Positions 23,461-38,849 of a stretch of DNA of 64,000 nucleotides are shown piece by piece (positions within the stretch are counted from its first letter, which is position 1; the number at the start of each line of letters is the position of its first letter). The translations under genes were made by a program, and so were the position numbers. The DNA lies in assembly GCF_016432865.1 (NCBI RefSeq), contig NC_067400.1, positions 504,928,001 to 504,992,000 of the forward strand, written 5' to 3'. This DNA is from Antechinus flavipes (lineage: Eukaryota). The notes beneath the pieces were generated by a model. That model was not told the origin of the DNA, searched no databases, and saw nothing but the letters and a program-made list of their open reading frames with translations.

Positions 23461-26400
23461 ATGTTTATCATTATCATCATCATTGTCTATCATGTAATAA
23501 TTAGATGATCTTAGCTTCATGAAGGTTATGCAACCAGAGCAAAAGTTCTATTTCAAAGGCTTTGAGTATAATTCTAGAAAAATTCTGTGTCTGCTTTCTG
23601 AACAGCAACCTGGTTAAATATAGTGAGGTTTAAAGGCAAGGCCCTTTGTGTTGAATATTTTCCCCATGAAACAGAAGGGAAAAAATGTCTCCAGTCCTAT
23701 GTGGTCCCTGCCTACTTCTGCTGTGATGTGAATCAGAGTGATAGAAAGGTATACAAGGGAGTTATGCATCATACAATGTTTAAATTATATATAAACACTA
23801 AATTGGTGCTCTAAATGTGGGGTCCTTGCCTAGGGATCAAGAGAAAAACATATTGGTAAAGGACCTTAATCATATCTATCTCTATAGATATATATATTTT
23901 TCTCTATAAATGAAAATGGAAGGCAAAAGGAAGTTGCAACTAAATGGGAAAATGGTTCACAAATTTTTCCTACAGACAAAAGAGCTGAAAGAACAAATTT
24001 TACCAGGCAATTAAAGACAACAAAAAACATCAATTTATAGGAAAAGTTGACATTTTCTATGGAAATACAGAAAATAAATAGATGACCATATATATTATAA
24101 GAACTACTATGAATATAATTATAACTTCTGTATGAATATCTCCTAGAAAGAGGAGGAGGTAGAGAAGTTTTGTGAAGAACTCAGTAAGACTTTCTCAATT
24201 AAATCAACATGTTATAATGCTTGATTTTTACATAAGAATAGAATTACTCAAGACTGGAAAAAATATGTTGGAAAACATGGTTCAGGAATAAAAACTTAGA
24301 GAAGTCAGAAACATATAGACTATACAGAATCCTCATTCTTATACATTGTGAATACTTTCTTTAACAAGAGAAATAAGCAGAGGCGGTCATGATGATCACC
24401 AAAAAATGTAATTAATTATATTTTAATAGACTAAATTGGGTATCACTTCCTAATTAACTTTATGTATAGAATCAAATCATTGGCTTATCAAAGCAAAAGT
24501 CAGAATCAATAGTGAATTAGAAGAATGGAAATGAAAAGACAGAATATATAAATGTAACAACTCCGATCTAATCTTCAACAAGTTATTGATGTTAATGATA
24601 ATTAGGAAGAAGAAAAGAACAGACACTGACATAGACTTACCGTTTTTTACAGAAATTTAAATGATATAAATCAATTGATATAGTTAGGAGATTCAAAGAA
24701 CCAAGAAAATACATCAATCAACAACAAAAAAATATTTTCTTGCTCAGTGAAGATCTATGTCAGCCTGCACTGGTTTTTACCTCACTTCACTTATTTACTT
24801 ATCCATTTCATAACTATATAGGATCACAGTATGAGTAAAATAGTAATCAAAAGTCCTAAGTGGATGTTAATAAAGTTGACACACTTTAGAGTATAGAGAA
24901 TTCAACAGGAAATTTGAGAGTAAAGTCATTAATGTAGGTACCTAGAAAACAACATATATGCTTTTGTTTGCTTTATATTCCCTGAATCATGAAGCCCTTT
25001 ACCTAAATATCTATTGAACTATTGCTACATGTAGATAAAAACCATCCATATGGAGGAATGCACCCCTGGGCTCTGGGATGCTACAAAATATTTGAATAAA
25101 GTGTCAAAGAACTGTCAAAATCATGAAAACAGACCCAATTAATCTGCAAAGTCAGATACAGAATGTCAAACTCTACCCCAACCTTTTATCTTTCTGTTAC
25201 TCTCTCAAACAATTACAGTGTTCAAAGATCTAAAAGCATAGATAACAATTTGTAGACACACAAGTCATTGCCATAGACTCCCTGGGAATCAAGGAAACTA
25301 GTGAAGCATACTAACCCATGTGATCTTTCTTAAAAAAAAAAAAATGATGTTAAAAAGTAATTTTTGTGCTGCTATATTCCATGAACTGAGAGCTCAAATC
25401 TGCAGACATAAAATTCAAGACACATTCATTCTAAAAGGAACAAGAAAACCTGCAGTGACATTGTTTTTGTCCTTTGATACTTTATCAGAAGTTTTAGCTG
25501 ACTGTAAAAAATATATGTATCCTTCAATAAATCTTGCTAGGTTACATAAGTTTTGTGCATGTTCTATCTTCCTTTTCTATATTGTGGCTGCTGGTTCACT
25601 TTTAAATCACTGCTCAGATGGTGGAGAAAGTGGTCACAGAGTCAGTTTATCCATCTTTTCCCCCAAGTCTCCCTAAAATTTCCATACTAAGTCTCAGACA
25701 GTGGCAGCATAAATTTTTTAATATAAAATAATTAGTAAGGTCTTGTAGAGGAGGGTGGTGAAAGATTACAATCAGTATCATAAACCAGAAAAAGTGATTA
25801 ATAGATGAAAAAAGAGTTATAGAAAACTTAATAAGAGAAATTTCAATAAGCTTAATAAAAAAGCATTTTAGAAGAATAATATATTTCCCTAAAGACTTAA
25901 ATCAAACAAATATATGTGCTCAAAAATTTCATGTGTCAAAATCATATAATGTTCCATTAAAATTAATAATAAAATTTTTCTTCCATGAATTCTAATTAAT
26001 ATTAAAACAAGGAGATACATGTTTGTCAAAGGTTTTTGATGTTATCATCAAGGTCATCCAGGACAGAGTACAAATTAAATGACCACTTCTTGATAAGGTC
26101 TTCTTTATGTTCCATTTTGTGAATAATAGAACATTTTGAAATCTCTTAAATGCCATGCATAGTCACTGAGAAGAGTATGGACTAATCTATTTACAAAGAA
26201 ATAGCAAAGTAAATGAAAAATACTATTTTCCCAGACTATGATATATATATAAATAAAAAAATTCAAGTCTTTCTCACATAAAATGATATGCAGGTACATA
26301 TTTTCTTGTATTTATGAAGTTGATTTTTTTATTGAATGTAGGGATTTGTCCAAAGATAGAATAATGACACTATTTTCCTTAGCCTTTCTCTAATAAAAAA

Positions 26401-26763
26401 AGATAACCATGAATCCTTTTTTGCCCACATATTCAAGTCCAGGAATCGGAAACCTATAAACCCCATGTCTTAATCTGAGACCACTCTAACAGCAATGCCA
26501 GATGCTGGCTATCAGCAAATGAACTGATGTGATTGGTTTGGCTTTCATGCTGCATTCCTTTACCTACTGTTGTTCTTTTTGGATTCCATTACCATCCAAA
26601 CATGATCTCTGTGTGTGTATGTTCTGCTGTCATGTAGACATAATGTATGTATGTATGTGCATGTATAAATACATATACATATACACACACATTTTATATA
26701 TATATATATAGCCACCACTTCTACTATATATTGTTATTCCCTCAAGCTGAATGAGTACTTTCT

Positions 26764-27294
26764 TTTTTTGTTATTGTTTATTTTATAATAACTTTTTATT
26801 GACAGATCCCATGCCAGGGTAATTTTTTACAACATTATCCCTTGCACTCACTTCTGTTCCAATTTTTCCCCTCTCTCCTTCCACCCCCTCCCCTAGATGG
26901 CAAGCAGTCCTATATATGTTAAATATGTTACAGTATATCCTAGATACAATATATGTATGCAGAACCGAACAGTTCTCTTGTTGCACAGGGAGAATTGGAT
27001 TCAGGAGGTAAAAATAACCCAGGAAGAAAAACAAAAATGCAAATAGTTTACATTCATTTCCCAGTGTTCTTTCTTTGGGTGTAGCTGCTTCTGTCCATCA
27101 TTGATCAATTGAAACTGAGTTAGGTCTTTTTGTCAAAGAAATCCACTTCCATCAGAATACATCTTCATACAGTATCGTTGTAGAAGTATATAATGATCTC
27201 CTGGTTCTGCTCATTTCACTTAGCATCAGTTCATGTAAGTCTCTCCAAGCCTCTCTGTATTCATCCTGTTGGTCATTTCTTACAGAACAATAAT
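26764..27294 (-). mobile_element. 5'-truncated young L1 3' end
   Basis: Reverse complement of the 15775-16635 subfamily. 16-bp TSD tgaatgagtactttct (26748-26763) / tgaatgcgtactttct (27295-27310), one mismatch. Confidence 0.95.
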
Positions 27295-28544
27295 TGAATG
27301 CGTACTTTCTAGGAAAGCAAGTAAAAGAAGTTGAGAAGGATGAAAGATATGGTTATTATTAGCTCTAAAACTAAACTCATGAAGAAGAATCCAGAGGGAA
27401 GGTGTTAACATTCCTTTTGGCTACATGACTGAACAAATTGTTGGTTAGAAAATTGTTAGTATTAGGGGCAAGATGATAGAAGGTTAAAAACTTTCAGTAC
27501 CCCAGTTCCATTTCCTTGATCTGAGCTAGCATTATAAATATGTCAAGGACATAAATGTCTCTGATATTGGTATTTCAAGTATGAGAATCCATTTTACTTC
27601 ATCTAAGCTGGAGTTCTAAAAAATAACTAATGACAGGTGGACAAAGAGGTTCAAATCTCAGAATATAAACTTTTTTAGGACTATCTTTCACCTTGACTAA
27701 TAGAGCTTTTTAAATTCCCTTTATTCAGGACTAGATAAAGTCAGGTGGTCTTCTTTTAGCATCCTGCTCCCAACTACCCTCATTGTAGTAGTTGCAAGAG
27801 CTTTCTTTACCCCCCCCCCTCCTCTTAACAGGTCAGATATATAAAAACCAGCATTTCAATTAATATGCTTCTGAATTCTCTTACATGATTTTAGCTTTAG
27901 AGCTGATAATCACTATCCCTTTCATCCTTTTCAACTTCTTTTACTCACATTGCTACAAAGTGCATACTCAGCTTGAGGTGATAATGATATAATAGAATTG
28001 GTAGCTTTGTGTACCTATATAGTTTATCTGCAAGAGAGCAAAGCAAACACAAATTGAGCAACCAGTATTCATGGGGCAATTACTATGTGCTATTAAGATA
28101 GGCATATCAAGGGACACAAAAAAAAAAAAAAAACTGAGATCTTCCCTTAGAAATTTAGCACATCATTATAGATTCACTATGATCTATTTTAGATTATCAA
28201 TAACAATGTATAGAGGGAACAAGAGAATTGACCAAAATCCTTGATCAATCGATTTCCTCCAAGTTAGTTGATATAATGAGAAGATAATCAATAAGTCAGT
28301 CAATAAACATTCATTAAGAGTCTATATACCAGACATGGTGCTAAAATAAAGAAAAAAGAAGAGGCAACCTTTATATGAAGTCTTAATAGTAGTTTTATTT
28401 TTTTACCTTTTTACAAGGTATGAAGAAGTTCATGCATCAAAATTTATGGAATTAGAGAGTAACTAGTCATTAGCTTACAAAGGAATTCCTATGTTTCTGT
28501 TACTCTTTAAGCAACAAACATGTTCTTTAAGAAGTTAGTCAAAT

Positions 28545-28800
28545 CATTCACTGATTCCCACATATTATTGCTGTACTGTGTACAATGTTCTGGTCCTACT
28601 CGCTTCACTTTGCATCAGTCCATATAAGTCTTTCCAGGCCTTTCTGAAATCCACCTGTTAATCATTTATAATATTCCATTATAATCATATGCCACAACTT
28701 GTTCAGTGATTCCCTAATTGATGGACATCCCCTCAATTTCCAATTCTTTGCTACCTACCACAAGAAGATCTGATACAAATAATTTTGTACAAATAAATTA
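28545..28800 (-). mobile_element. Older L1 ORF2 C-terminal relic
   Basis: tacaatgttctgg…cttcactttgcatcagtccatataagtctttccagg…cattccctaattgatggacatcccctcaatttccaattctttgcta. Confidence 0.7.
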
Positions 28801-28804
28801 TTTT

Positions 28805-28930
28805 CTCTTTTTAGAGCTCAAAAATGTATAAAACAAAATACATAGAATAACAAAGGAAACAATTATAGTAAAATACAAGCATTGTTTTTTTTTAAATAGT
28901 TCTCAGACCCCAGATTAAATACCCTGAACT
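28805..28930. mobile_element. MER5-like hAT DNA transposon relic
   Basis: aaaatacatagaataacaaaggaaacaattata…aaatac…gttctcagaccccagattaa resembles the recalled MER5 half. A complementary half occurs at about 61300-61395. Confidence 0.45.
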
Positions 28931-31900
28931 AAAACATTTGCCTTTCAATCAAAAAGTCAATATTATTCCCTATTCATTTTTTAAAAGTATGAGTAAAATA
29001 GTAGTAAAAGTTCAGAAAAAAGAAATGTAATTAAGGATTACTGTAGTGGTCAAGAAGTTTTTCTTGTGGAAGGCAGGTATTGAATTAGATCTTAAAGGAT
29101 TATGTATAGAATCAAAAAATAAAAGAGGAGACATAAGGACAATCTAAGAATAGAAAACTATTGTCATATTCAGATTTTGACTAGATGATAACAATAAGTT
29201 TAATGGCAGCATTGTATATTCGCAACCATTTAAATTGAAATTAAATTAAAAACTCATTTGTGTATCATTGCTGTTTTCAGAGAGAACTAATGGCATGGGC
29301 TGATATCACTAGAATCAGAGCTGACCCTCATTTCTCTTCCTAAGTCATCAAAATCCAATGTAAGACCAAAGTCTGCACTGCTCGTGATGGTCCTAGAAGC
29401 AATGGATGACCTTGGAATTTTTGATGGCAAACAAATCTCTAAGCACTTTAGATGGCTGTTAACAGAGATTGTTTTCATCCACCCATTCCACCTGGGGGAT
29501 GTCTTCACAGGCTTGAAGTAGACATCCCCCTAAATTACTGATGTATTTGAAACTCAACCTGGTTAATAATTCTGTCTTCCAAGCTGGTTTTAGTGGGATT
29601 CAGCAACTGCACATTACAGGTTTTTGGAGTCACAGCTGAGAGTTAGGTGGCTGGTTGGACACCAAAGATGGATGAGCATCCCTGAAAAGGGCTTGGGAAA
29701 TCCTCACACCAAAGGGGCTAATCCTCCTTTAACACCTCATACTCACATGTTAACAACAATATAAATAATTCTCAGTTCTTCAAGGGTTGTACCTAAACAA
29801 GACACAACTGAAATAAAAGCTTGAGTGGGTTGAATTATTAGCATCTCATTTTCCTTTAGAAATATAAGTGATGTCTTATTCATTTTCCATAACTTGTGAC
29901 TGGTAGGATCTATTCAAAATCATTCTTTTCTAAAATAACCAGCTTCATAATTTGTAACTAGATGGTGTAGTGGATGGAGTGCTGGGCCTAGAATCAAGAA
30001 GAAGAGTTCAAATTAGATTTTAGATACTTCCTAGAGGTGACTCTGGGCAACTTAATGTGGCCTGAAAAACTGAGAAGCAATTTAGCTCCTCCTTGGGGGT
30101 GGAGGTCGGGGTGAGAGAGAGGGGTGTAATCCTGTGCATTAAGTAAAAGCTATTGCTTTTTAAATCTTTCTTGCTCTTATTCACACTGTGTAATTTATAT
30201 CTAGACCACTTCTTAATGACTTTGTTGACTTTGCCTACTCCTCAGATTCTGCCACAGGGACTTACATGGGCTACAATTTAAGTAAGAGATTTAAGAGCTA
30301 ACTAAAGCTCAAGAAAACCTCTGGGGCTTGTAAAAATATACAGTTAGTGATAACTAGTCACCATTATCACCAATAGAAAAAAGCAGAACTTTTCCTTTCT
30401 CTTCTTCAGAATTTCATCTATATCATTCAGACCACCATTTGGGGATTTCTTCAAGATTGTTCTTAATATTCATAGGAAAGAAGAATAAGTGGAAGTCTAA
30501 AGGAGAAAGATAATGAAAAAGGGTATTCAAGAGGGTCTTGCTTGTCTTATAAATTGTTATATATCAGTATTCTACTTTGGAAAGGAATATTTGGTAGCAT
30601 TCTTTTGAATGTTACTAACATTTATATGAATTGATCAATAAAGAGGTATTCTTTATTCAATACCTCTTTCAAATGTAATGCTTCCCTCCCTCAATAAGAC
30701 ACAGACAACTCAGGATGTTATCTCTCTAACCCCTTCTTTGGAAACAATAAAAATAATTATAAATTTATTACTTAATCAATTCCCGCAGCTAGCAATTTTA
30801 GTGGGCAAAATTCATAATTTAGCAGAGCTTCCTTTTGTTTATTTTCCTATATATATCAATACTTTCTGTATGCAATAGGGTCAGGGTTGGAATGAGGGTT
30901 GAAACTGGTCCACAAAACTCTAGTCTTAGGAGTTCTTACTAATGTCAAACTATGATGGGAAAAATTGGGGAGCTAAGTTCTAGAAGTTTATGGTGAAGTA
31001 TAATGAGGGGACCTGGATCTTGACTTCAGAACACACATAATTATTCTGTCACTGTTTCTTATGCACTTTTGGCATGCAGACTAATTGGCTGCAGAATCAG
31101 AATTGAGTTTGGATTAATCAGCTAAATTGTCTTCTCCCTTCTATTGTGACAAGTGAGGAAAGAACTGCTATGAGAATTCTCTCCTGGTCCTCTCCCTCTT
31201 TCTGGTAGGAGAGGGTCTCCACTTGAAAGTCTGAAACATGTATTTAAATGGCTCTTGTCTATATCTATTCTTTCTTGTTTTTACATGAAGGAGAATTAAA
31301 GATAAAATGACCTTATGAATTTTGAAGTGTCAAAAGAACCAGCAAAATTTCCTCATATTTTAAGCAGTCACAGAACTAAAAAATGATTTGTCTGGCCAGG
31401 TCTAACTGGAAACCCAAGGAAACAACTCCATTAACCATACTACAATCAGAAGTAAGCTTAACGGATCAAATGCTTTGTTTAAGGTTGAGCCCACTCTACC
31501 AGGCACCAAAGTTGTATAGGAAAGTAGCCCTCATTTTAGATACTTTAATTCTTGATATATCTTTTCAGTGAATATCCCTTTATAAAAATTAATTGGTATT
31601 ATTTATCAATGATATCAAGGAGATGTTAATTGTTTAATAGATACTGGAGGATTAATCACAGTTAATGACACTGGAATAAGTGTGAATATCACATTACAAA
31701 AACACCATTGGTTTCACGAATACTCAAAGAATTTTAAGGGAAAGGGGAGCAATAGCCTGGCCCTTAAATTGCTATTACACCTATGTGTTGGAGGATTAAG
31801 TCCAGAGCCTATAATTGCTACGCGTCTATAAGTCCTTATCTATGATATATATTTATACTCTTATACCAGGACTTTTAGGAATAGTAGCATGATAAAATGA

Positions 31901-34900
31901 CATTAGTAGGCTTTCGTATGTGTTTTGGTCATTCACTGTCTTATATTGGACAATCTAGTTAAGTTTCTGGACTTCAATTGCTTCATCTATAAAATAAGAT
32001 ATTTAGAGTATATGATGTCTAAAGGTCCTGACTTATTTTCACTTCTAAAATATATCATTTGAGAATAAACTTTCTCTTTTTTGTTTGCGAAACTTCATAG
32101 TTGTTTTTTTTTTCCTTTTATACACACCATTTGTCATATCAATGAGTTATTTTAAATAGAATCATATCTTATGTCAAGAACATGTGCCCCAATTTTAACA
32201 TTTTTCCTTTGGGAACGTAAGTGCTGCTTGAAAACATTGATCTGCTCTGTGACATAATTTTCAAAAATGCATTTTCTCCCAAATCAGCAACTGCCTTTTC
32301 TTGAAGTTTTTGCCTTCACTAATGCTATGGCAAGCAAGCTGATGTAAAAAGCCTTTTCTGTTCATCTACATTTGATGATTTAGAGGTGAGAGCATGACAA
32401 CAATCTGCTATTTAACAACCAGGAACCCAAACTCTTTCAGCCTGGTTCTTTTTTTCCATTTCTGTAAGGAGTTTAGATGTAAATGTACTATAAAACTTCC
32501 CTCTTTATCTCTGGACACCAATAGCAGCATTCTTCCACTAAAAGGTTATACCAATTACAATAACTAAGATGACTCTCCACAAAATCATTATTGCACATGT
32601 TGTATTCTCCACTAGAATGTAATCTGTGTGACATTTAAAAAGATTCAAAGACCTACTTTCTGGTTAATTTAATCATTTAATTAATAAGGTCAACATATTT
32701 ATTAATAAAAGAATGGTCATTTGGCCATCTCTCTCTTAGACCAAAGCCCATAAAAATGGGCTTAAAGTTTATATGCTCTTAGAAGGATAGGTGTTCCTAA
32801 AGATGGCAATCAACTTTGATTGGGTAACAATGAGAGAATAAATATTAAGATGAGAGTATGGGTTATATTACAATTAAAGTTTCATAGTATGTGACATCAA
32901 TTGCCCAAAGCTTAGTCAAAGAGATTTATTCATTTCCATACCACCTATCTGGAAAAGGGAGGATCCACATTTTCCCAGACCTGTTTGAGCAAGCACAATG
33001 AGTAGGAATGTACCTAGTAGCTTAAAATTAGAATTTATTTCATTATTTTTAATTAGTTCTCAACCATTCTAGATGGGTAAGTGTTTTAGAAAGATTTCCC
33101 ATACAATTTGATTTCTGGATGATGTAGAAAATCCTTAGTACTAATAAAATAATAATTTATTAATAGAAGGCAGAAATAATCATTTTTCTCATCTGCTTGA
33201 GAACAACTTCTCTATTTGTTCCTAACATCTAGGACAGTACCTGCATGTGGTAGGCACTTAAAAAATGCTTGTTGATTACCAGAATGAAACTTTATTGTGG
33301 TAGTTTAACAAAATAACAGTATCTCATAGTTAAGAGAGTCTTAAAGGCCACTTTGTCCACCTCATGCCTGGACAAATATTGCCTCTGAATTATGTCTTTG
33401 GAAGACCTTCAGCAAGAGAAACTTGCTAGCTACCAAGGCAATCCATTTCATTTTGAGGGCATATCTAATTGTCAGAAAGTTTTTCTTTCTGTATCATGAG
33501 CATCATGGAAATTACCCTGATCCTTACTATATATTGTTTCATTGGTGAGTAATTTTCCAAGAAAAAAACACACATAAATAATTTAGCTTAGGAAGAAGGA
33601 TAATTTCAGAATCACAGTAGCTAAGATAGTAAGTGGTAAGTCATGACAAGTACTGAGTAGGAAATTAGAAAAAAAAAAGTTTAAGAAATGGGAGATGATT
33701 TAGAGAGAAATAGAAGTCACAGAGAGGTGAAAGAAAATTTGGACAGCTGGTAGAGTGGTGATGAGATCAGTACCTGCAAACAGGGATCACTGTGCTGTGA
33801 ACCCATGTAATTTCTGGAAACCAAATCTTCCTCCAATATTCAGATGGCATATCAGTTTGTCTTCATATCTTATGAAATTTCAGTGAAATAGTTTCAGAGT
33901 AAATGATCATTAATCTTAATTATGGTGAAGAGCCAAGGGAATTGAACACTGTACACATCAATGCCAAATTAAGGCAAATGGTTATTGTCACTGCAAAGAG
34001 TAGCACAGGAATGAACAATTCTATTAATTGTCATTCACGTCACTATTTTCATTTCTAGGGACACTTGTACTTAAAAAAAAAAAAACTGAGGCACATATGG
34101 TGAGGTTAATGGAAATAATGGAGTTTTTCTTCTTTTAGTTTAAACACCAAAGTGAGAAAGAGTGAGTTTTGAGGATAGTTGTAATCAAATAAAATTAATC
34201 CAAGGGAGACAATGTGCTATAATAAAAAAATTCCCAAGTTCAACTTTAGGCTCTGACCATTACTATTTATGTTATTTAAACTCTTAATCCTTCATTTCTC
34301 CTCTATGTAAAGTAACAGGTCTATAATAAATGACTCATTTAAAAATGTATCATGAAATAGAAAGAAGGCTAAATTTAGATATAGAAGAGGTAGGTCAAAA
34401 TCCCAGTCCTGTCATTTACTACTTAGTTGATCTTGGGAAAGCCACTCTCTCTGTTTCCTCCTCTATAAAGTGAAGGCAGGGAGTAGGGTAAGATCGCCCC
34501 TTAGGTTTTCTCCAGATGTAGACATAAACTTCTATGATCCTAGAAATGCCTTTCAAACTCAAATCTATGAGCCAAAGAAGTACTTTTGTTATAGATACAT
34601 GTTATATGTTTTTTAGTAGTATTTGTATTTTAAAATCCCAATTCTACTTTGTTTCTTTATAAGTAGAAAATCAGACCACCATTAAAGGCTCAAATTTCAA
34701 GAGAAGAAATAATAGTTCTGACATTTTTCTTTTAATTCTACTTCCATTTAAAACATTGTAAAGATGTGATCACAAAGATTTTTGCAATGGGTTTCTGGCA
34801 ATGGGTTTCCAAGCTCAGCTCATTATTCAACAAAAGGGAAATTATTTTTTCTCATACCATGTGCCTGACAAAATACAGCTTTGAAATCATGGTCATATCT

Positions 34901-36999
34901 TAAACATATTTGTGGCCAAAGCTTCAGAAATTTTCCACCAAGTGGCTGCCTACCTATAATATTAGAAATCTGAAGAAACAATGAACTGTTATATGGCGAG
35001 GCAGCCAGAGGCAAACATGCTGCATTTGGTGCTAATGATAAGAGAATTAGCTAGAATTTCTGCCTGTCCCAGATTCAGTGATCCTAACAAGTTCTGAGTT
35101 ATACACAACTCACCCTTCTCTTTGGGAGTTATTGATCAGAGATTAGAACAGATAAGAACATGGGAGTAGAAGCAGCTCTTGATTTAATGAGTAAGAGACA
35201 AACACCTTAACTGGGCAATGGGGGTTTAGTACAAGCCGACCCCAAACAACCTTACCAGCCTTTATTATTTTATATGGTCCTGCCTTGTGACCCTCTGTTC
35301 TAACCAAACTGAGTTATTTACTTCTTTATAAAATGAGTAGAAGCCCCAAGTGGAGAAAGACCTTAGAGGCTATTTAGATCAATACAGACCCACTAGAATT
35401 ACGATAATTTAAAGAATCACCCATTCTCTGCTGAAATCCTCCAAAGGAGTGCTAATTACTACATGAGTGCACTCCATTTTTGGACAGTGTTAATTGTCAG
35501 GAAATTTTTATTTTCACCTAACCAAAATTTTTGTCTCTATAATTTCTACCTTCTGCCCTCAAGGTTCATTCAGAGTAAGACCAGTATTTATTTCATATAA
35601 TGCCTATTCAATTCAAATTAATTTATTTCATCTAAGTAATCATTTAGAAAGCAACAGCTCCATACCAGGAACTATAGTCACTAGAAATACAAAGACTGAA
35701 ATGAAACAGTACAGTCAGAGATTGTATTTTACTATGGGAAACAATATACACAAATAAATACAAAATGCATATACAAACTACTTTTGAGAGACTATCCTCA
35801 GACTTCTCTTTATCAGATAAACATCCCCATTTTCCTAAGGCACTTAGGATTCTACACTTAGAAGTGACCTCATAGGCCATCTACTCTACTCTGCCTTCTG
35901 CCCTGAAAATGAGAGATTTGGACTAACTGGTCTCAACGGGCCCTGCCAGCTCTACTTCTATCCTCCTATGATCCTTTGACCTGGAGGCCTGATCCAGATC
36001 CACAAGCTGATGGAGCAGTTCTAGCCAAGGGTGCTAATGGCACAGTGCACACCCACTCCATTCCTCATCCTGATTTTTACCCCCAGAAAAGTAAACCCTC
36101 AGGAGATTACCCTATGAACTTTTACATTTTAAACAAGAATTGTTTACTCTCGAGCAAAAGTACAAACATCCTCAAATTCCCCTTGCTGTTCTCCAGCTGA
36201 AAAGAACTGCTCAGTGACTCAGAATAGGCAAGCATAATGAAATAGAAATCAAAACTGATGGCTGAGGTATCATTAATTTCTGTGACCACTTCATGGTGTG
36301 AGTGGAATGGCAGTAATCCTGTATTCCAGAAATGTTATTTTCAAATAAATTAAGCTGAGTTTCAGTCACTTTGTCTCTCCATGGGCTCTCTAGGCCTGTG
36401 GCTATTATGCAGAGATTTTGAAACCAATATATTTTCTTTATTACAGAGAGCTTACCTAACACGATTAAAATAGACAATAAAATCTCCAGTGTAAGCTGAT
36501 CTTGAGATAAATGCAAGAAAGTAGGAGGAAGTTCATGAAACAATATAAATAGACAAATTGGACTGGATGTTATTAATAAAGTCATGATTGGACAAAAAGC
36601 ATTTTATAGTCAACTACCAGCTAGGTTTTAAAAGCTTTGTACCATTTGGTTTCAGATCAGTTAACCAGGGGCTATAGACAACTAGAAAGTTGCCAGAAGT
36701 TAATGACAAACTTTTCATCAGTGGAAATTTTATTTGAAGGAAGAGTTGGTGATGGGTAATGTGTTATGGTTTGACATTGTTCTCCATCATCACTACCCCA
36801 GGTGTCCCTGCACCTAAAATCATTTCATCAAAGAATCATTTCCTTGTTTTACAATCTGAGATTGCCTTGCTCTTTAAAAATATAAATATTTTTAAATTAT
36901 GCTACAAATATGAGCAGAGTGTCCTTATTCTTTGACCCAAAAAATCCTTAAGAAGGTCATAGCTAAAAGAGAAAGGTTCTATTTACACGGAAATAATCA

Positions 37000-37397
37000 G
37001 AAGAACACTTTCTATTGTAATAAAGAACTCAAAATAAAGTAAACATCTCTCTATCAGGGAATAAGAATAATAATAGCTATTGACTAAATATAATAGAATA
37101 TTATTGTGCCATAAAAATTCAAGAGGAAGATTATAGATAAGTACATGTAAACTGATACAAAGTATAGTAAGTAAAACCAGGAAAATAATGTATACAATCA
37201 TTACAATGTAAATGGAAACAACAACAATACAATCAAAATTGAGTATTATGTGATTTATAATGATCAAGTTTATCTCCAAAGAAGTGATATAAGAATGTAT
37301 TTCTCTTCCTTCTTTTTAAAGGTCAGAGACTCTGGGTATGAAACATTAAACATAATATTGGGTTTGGATGAAATGTTAATTAGTTTTACTGAACTGC

Positions 37398-37461
<64 letters not shown>

Positions 37462-37560
37462 GCTCTTTGTTATAAGGGATTGTTCTCTGATTAGGTGAGG
37501 TGGAGAGCTACCTTGAGAAAAGAGGGTAAAAATAGAAGATAAAGTGGATTTTAAGTGAAA
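37000..37560 (+). mobile_element. Older L1 3' end relic containing a (CT)n microsatellite (37402-37458)
   Basis: aatagaatattattgtgccataaaaa…gactctgggtatgaaacatt…ttagttttactgaactg, then the (ct)n run. Confidence 0.65.
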
Positions 37561-38849
37561 TAAAATTCAAACATTATTGGGACTAGTAACATATTAAATC
37601 ACTAAGAACATAACAAATGTATTTATTTATTTACTTTTCTTAGTGATGGGAAGAACTTAACATGATCACATGGGGGAAAAAAAGAGAGTGCTAATGATAT
37701 TTGAATTAGGAGAAAGAAGAAGATATAGAAGTAAGAGGTAAGTGGACATCAAAAGCAACTTTGATTTACTTCATAGTTTTACTTCTAGCCTTCCCTAGAT
37801 GCTAGAATAATCACAATTTCTTACCTCCTATGCAGCAATTATCTTAAGTGGGTGACAAATAAGAAACTTGAACTTATTATTAATATATTATTAATGGGGT
37901 CACAGAATCATAGAAAGTCAGAGTTAAAAGAGAATTTAAAGGTAATCTCCTTTTACCTTTCATTTTACATATATGCAACAATGGAAGTAATACTCAATTT
38001 AGCACTATAGAATGTGAGTCAAAGCCTGACCCTGCCATTTACCAACTCTGAGACATTTGGCAATGACTTAACAACTATAGGCTTCAGTTTCTCCTTTATA
38101 AAATAAATGGGTTGAATAAGGTGATCACTAAGATTTCTTCAAGCATTTAATCCATGATCCAAGGATATTATTTATAAAGACACGTTTAACTCTCTATAAC
38201 TCCTGTAAAGAACAAAAATGTCCTAAGACCAATTACAAAAATATACCAAATACAACAAAAGAATGACCACCAGGATGAAAACATGTGAAAAGAAAAAAAT
38301 CTTCATGAAGAAAATTTCAATATTTAAGACAGTATTTAAGAAAAACTTAAAGAAATGCATTAGCAAACACTGGAGTCCTTCAAATTGGGTAAATAATGAT
38401 TATGTGTTAAAAACAAAACAAAACATCTAGAAAAACCGAGAATACTATATTAATAACAACTAGAGTACCAGAAATTAGAATGTTACAACTATAAGGTCCC
38501 TGAGAGTGGATTAAAAGCTTAATAAAATATTCATAGCCATAAAAATGGAAATATAATTTCTTAAAAAAGATGGAAGAGAGCCAATAGTTTAAAACATATG
38601 ATGGAAATTTAATAAACCAATAGAAAAATCTCAAAAAAAGATAGAATACATAAAAATTAATAAACATTATTTTAAAAATCAGAAGAAAAAAATTAGCATA
38701 ATTATGCTTTCTGTAATCTAAAGCAACTGACTTTGAAGAAAAAATTTTGTGAGGCACTTGTAAAAAGATTGACTCTCATAACAACAAAATGATTTAAAGA
38801 ACCTGAAAAGCAAACTTTAAGAAACAAGCAAGAATATTTTCAATATTTC

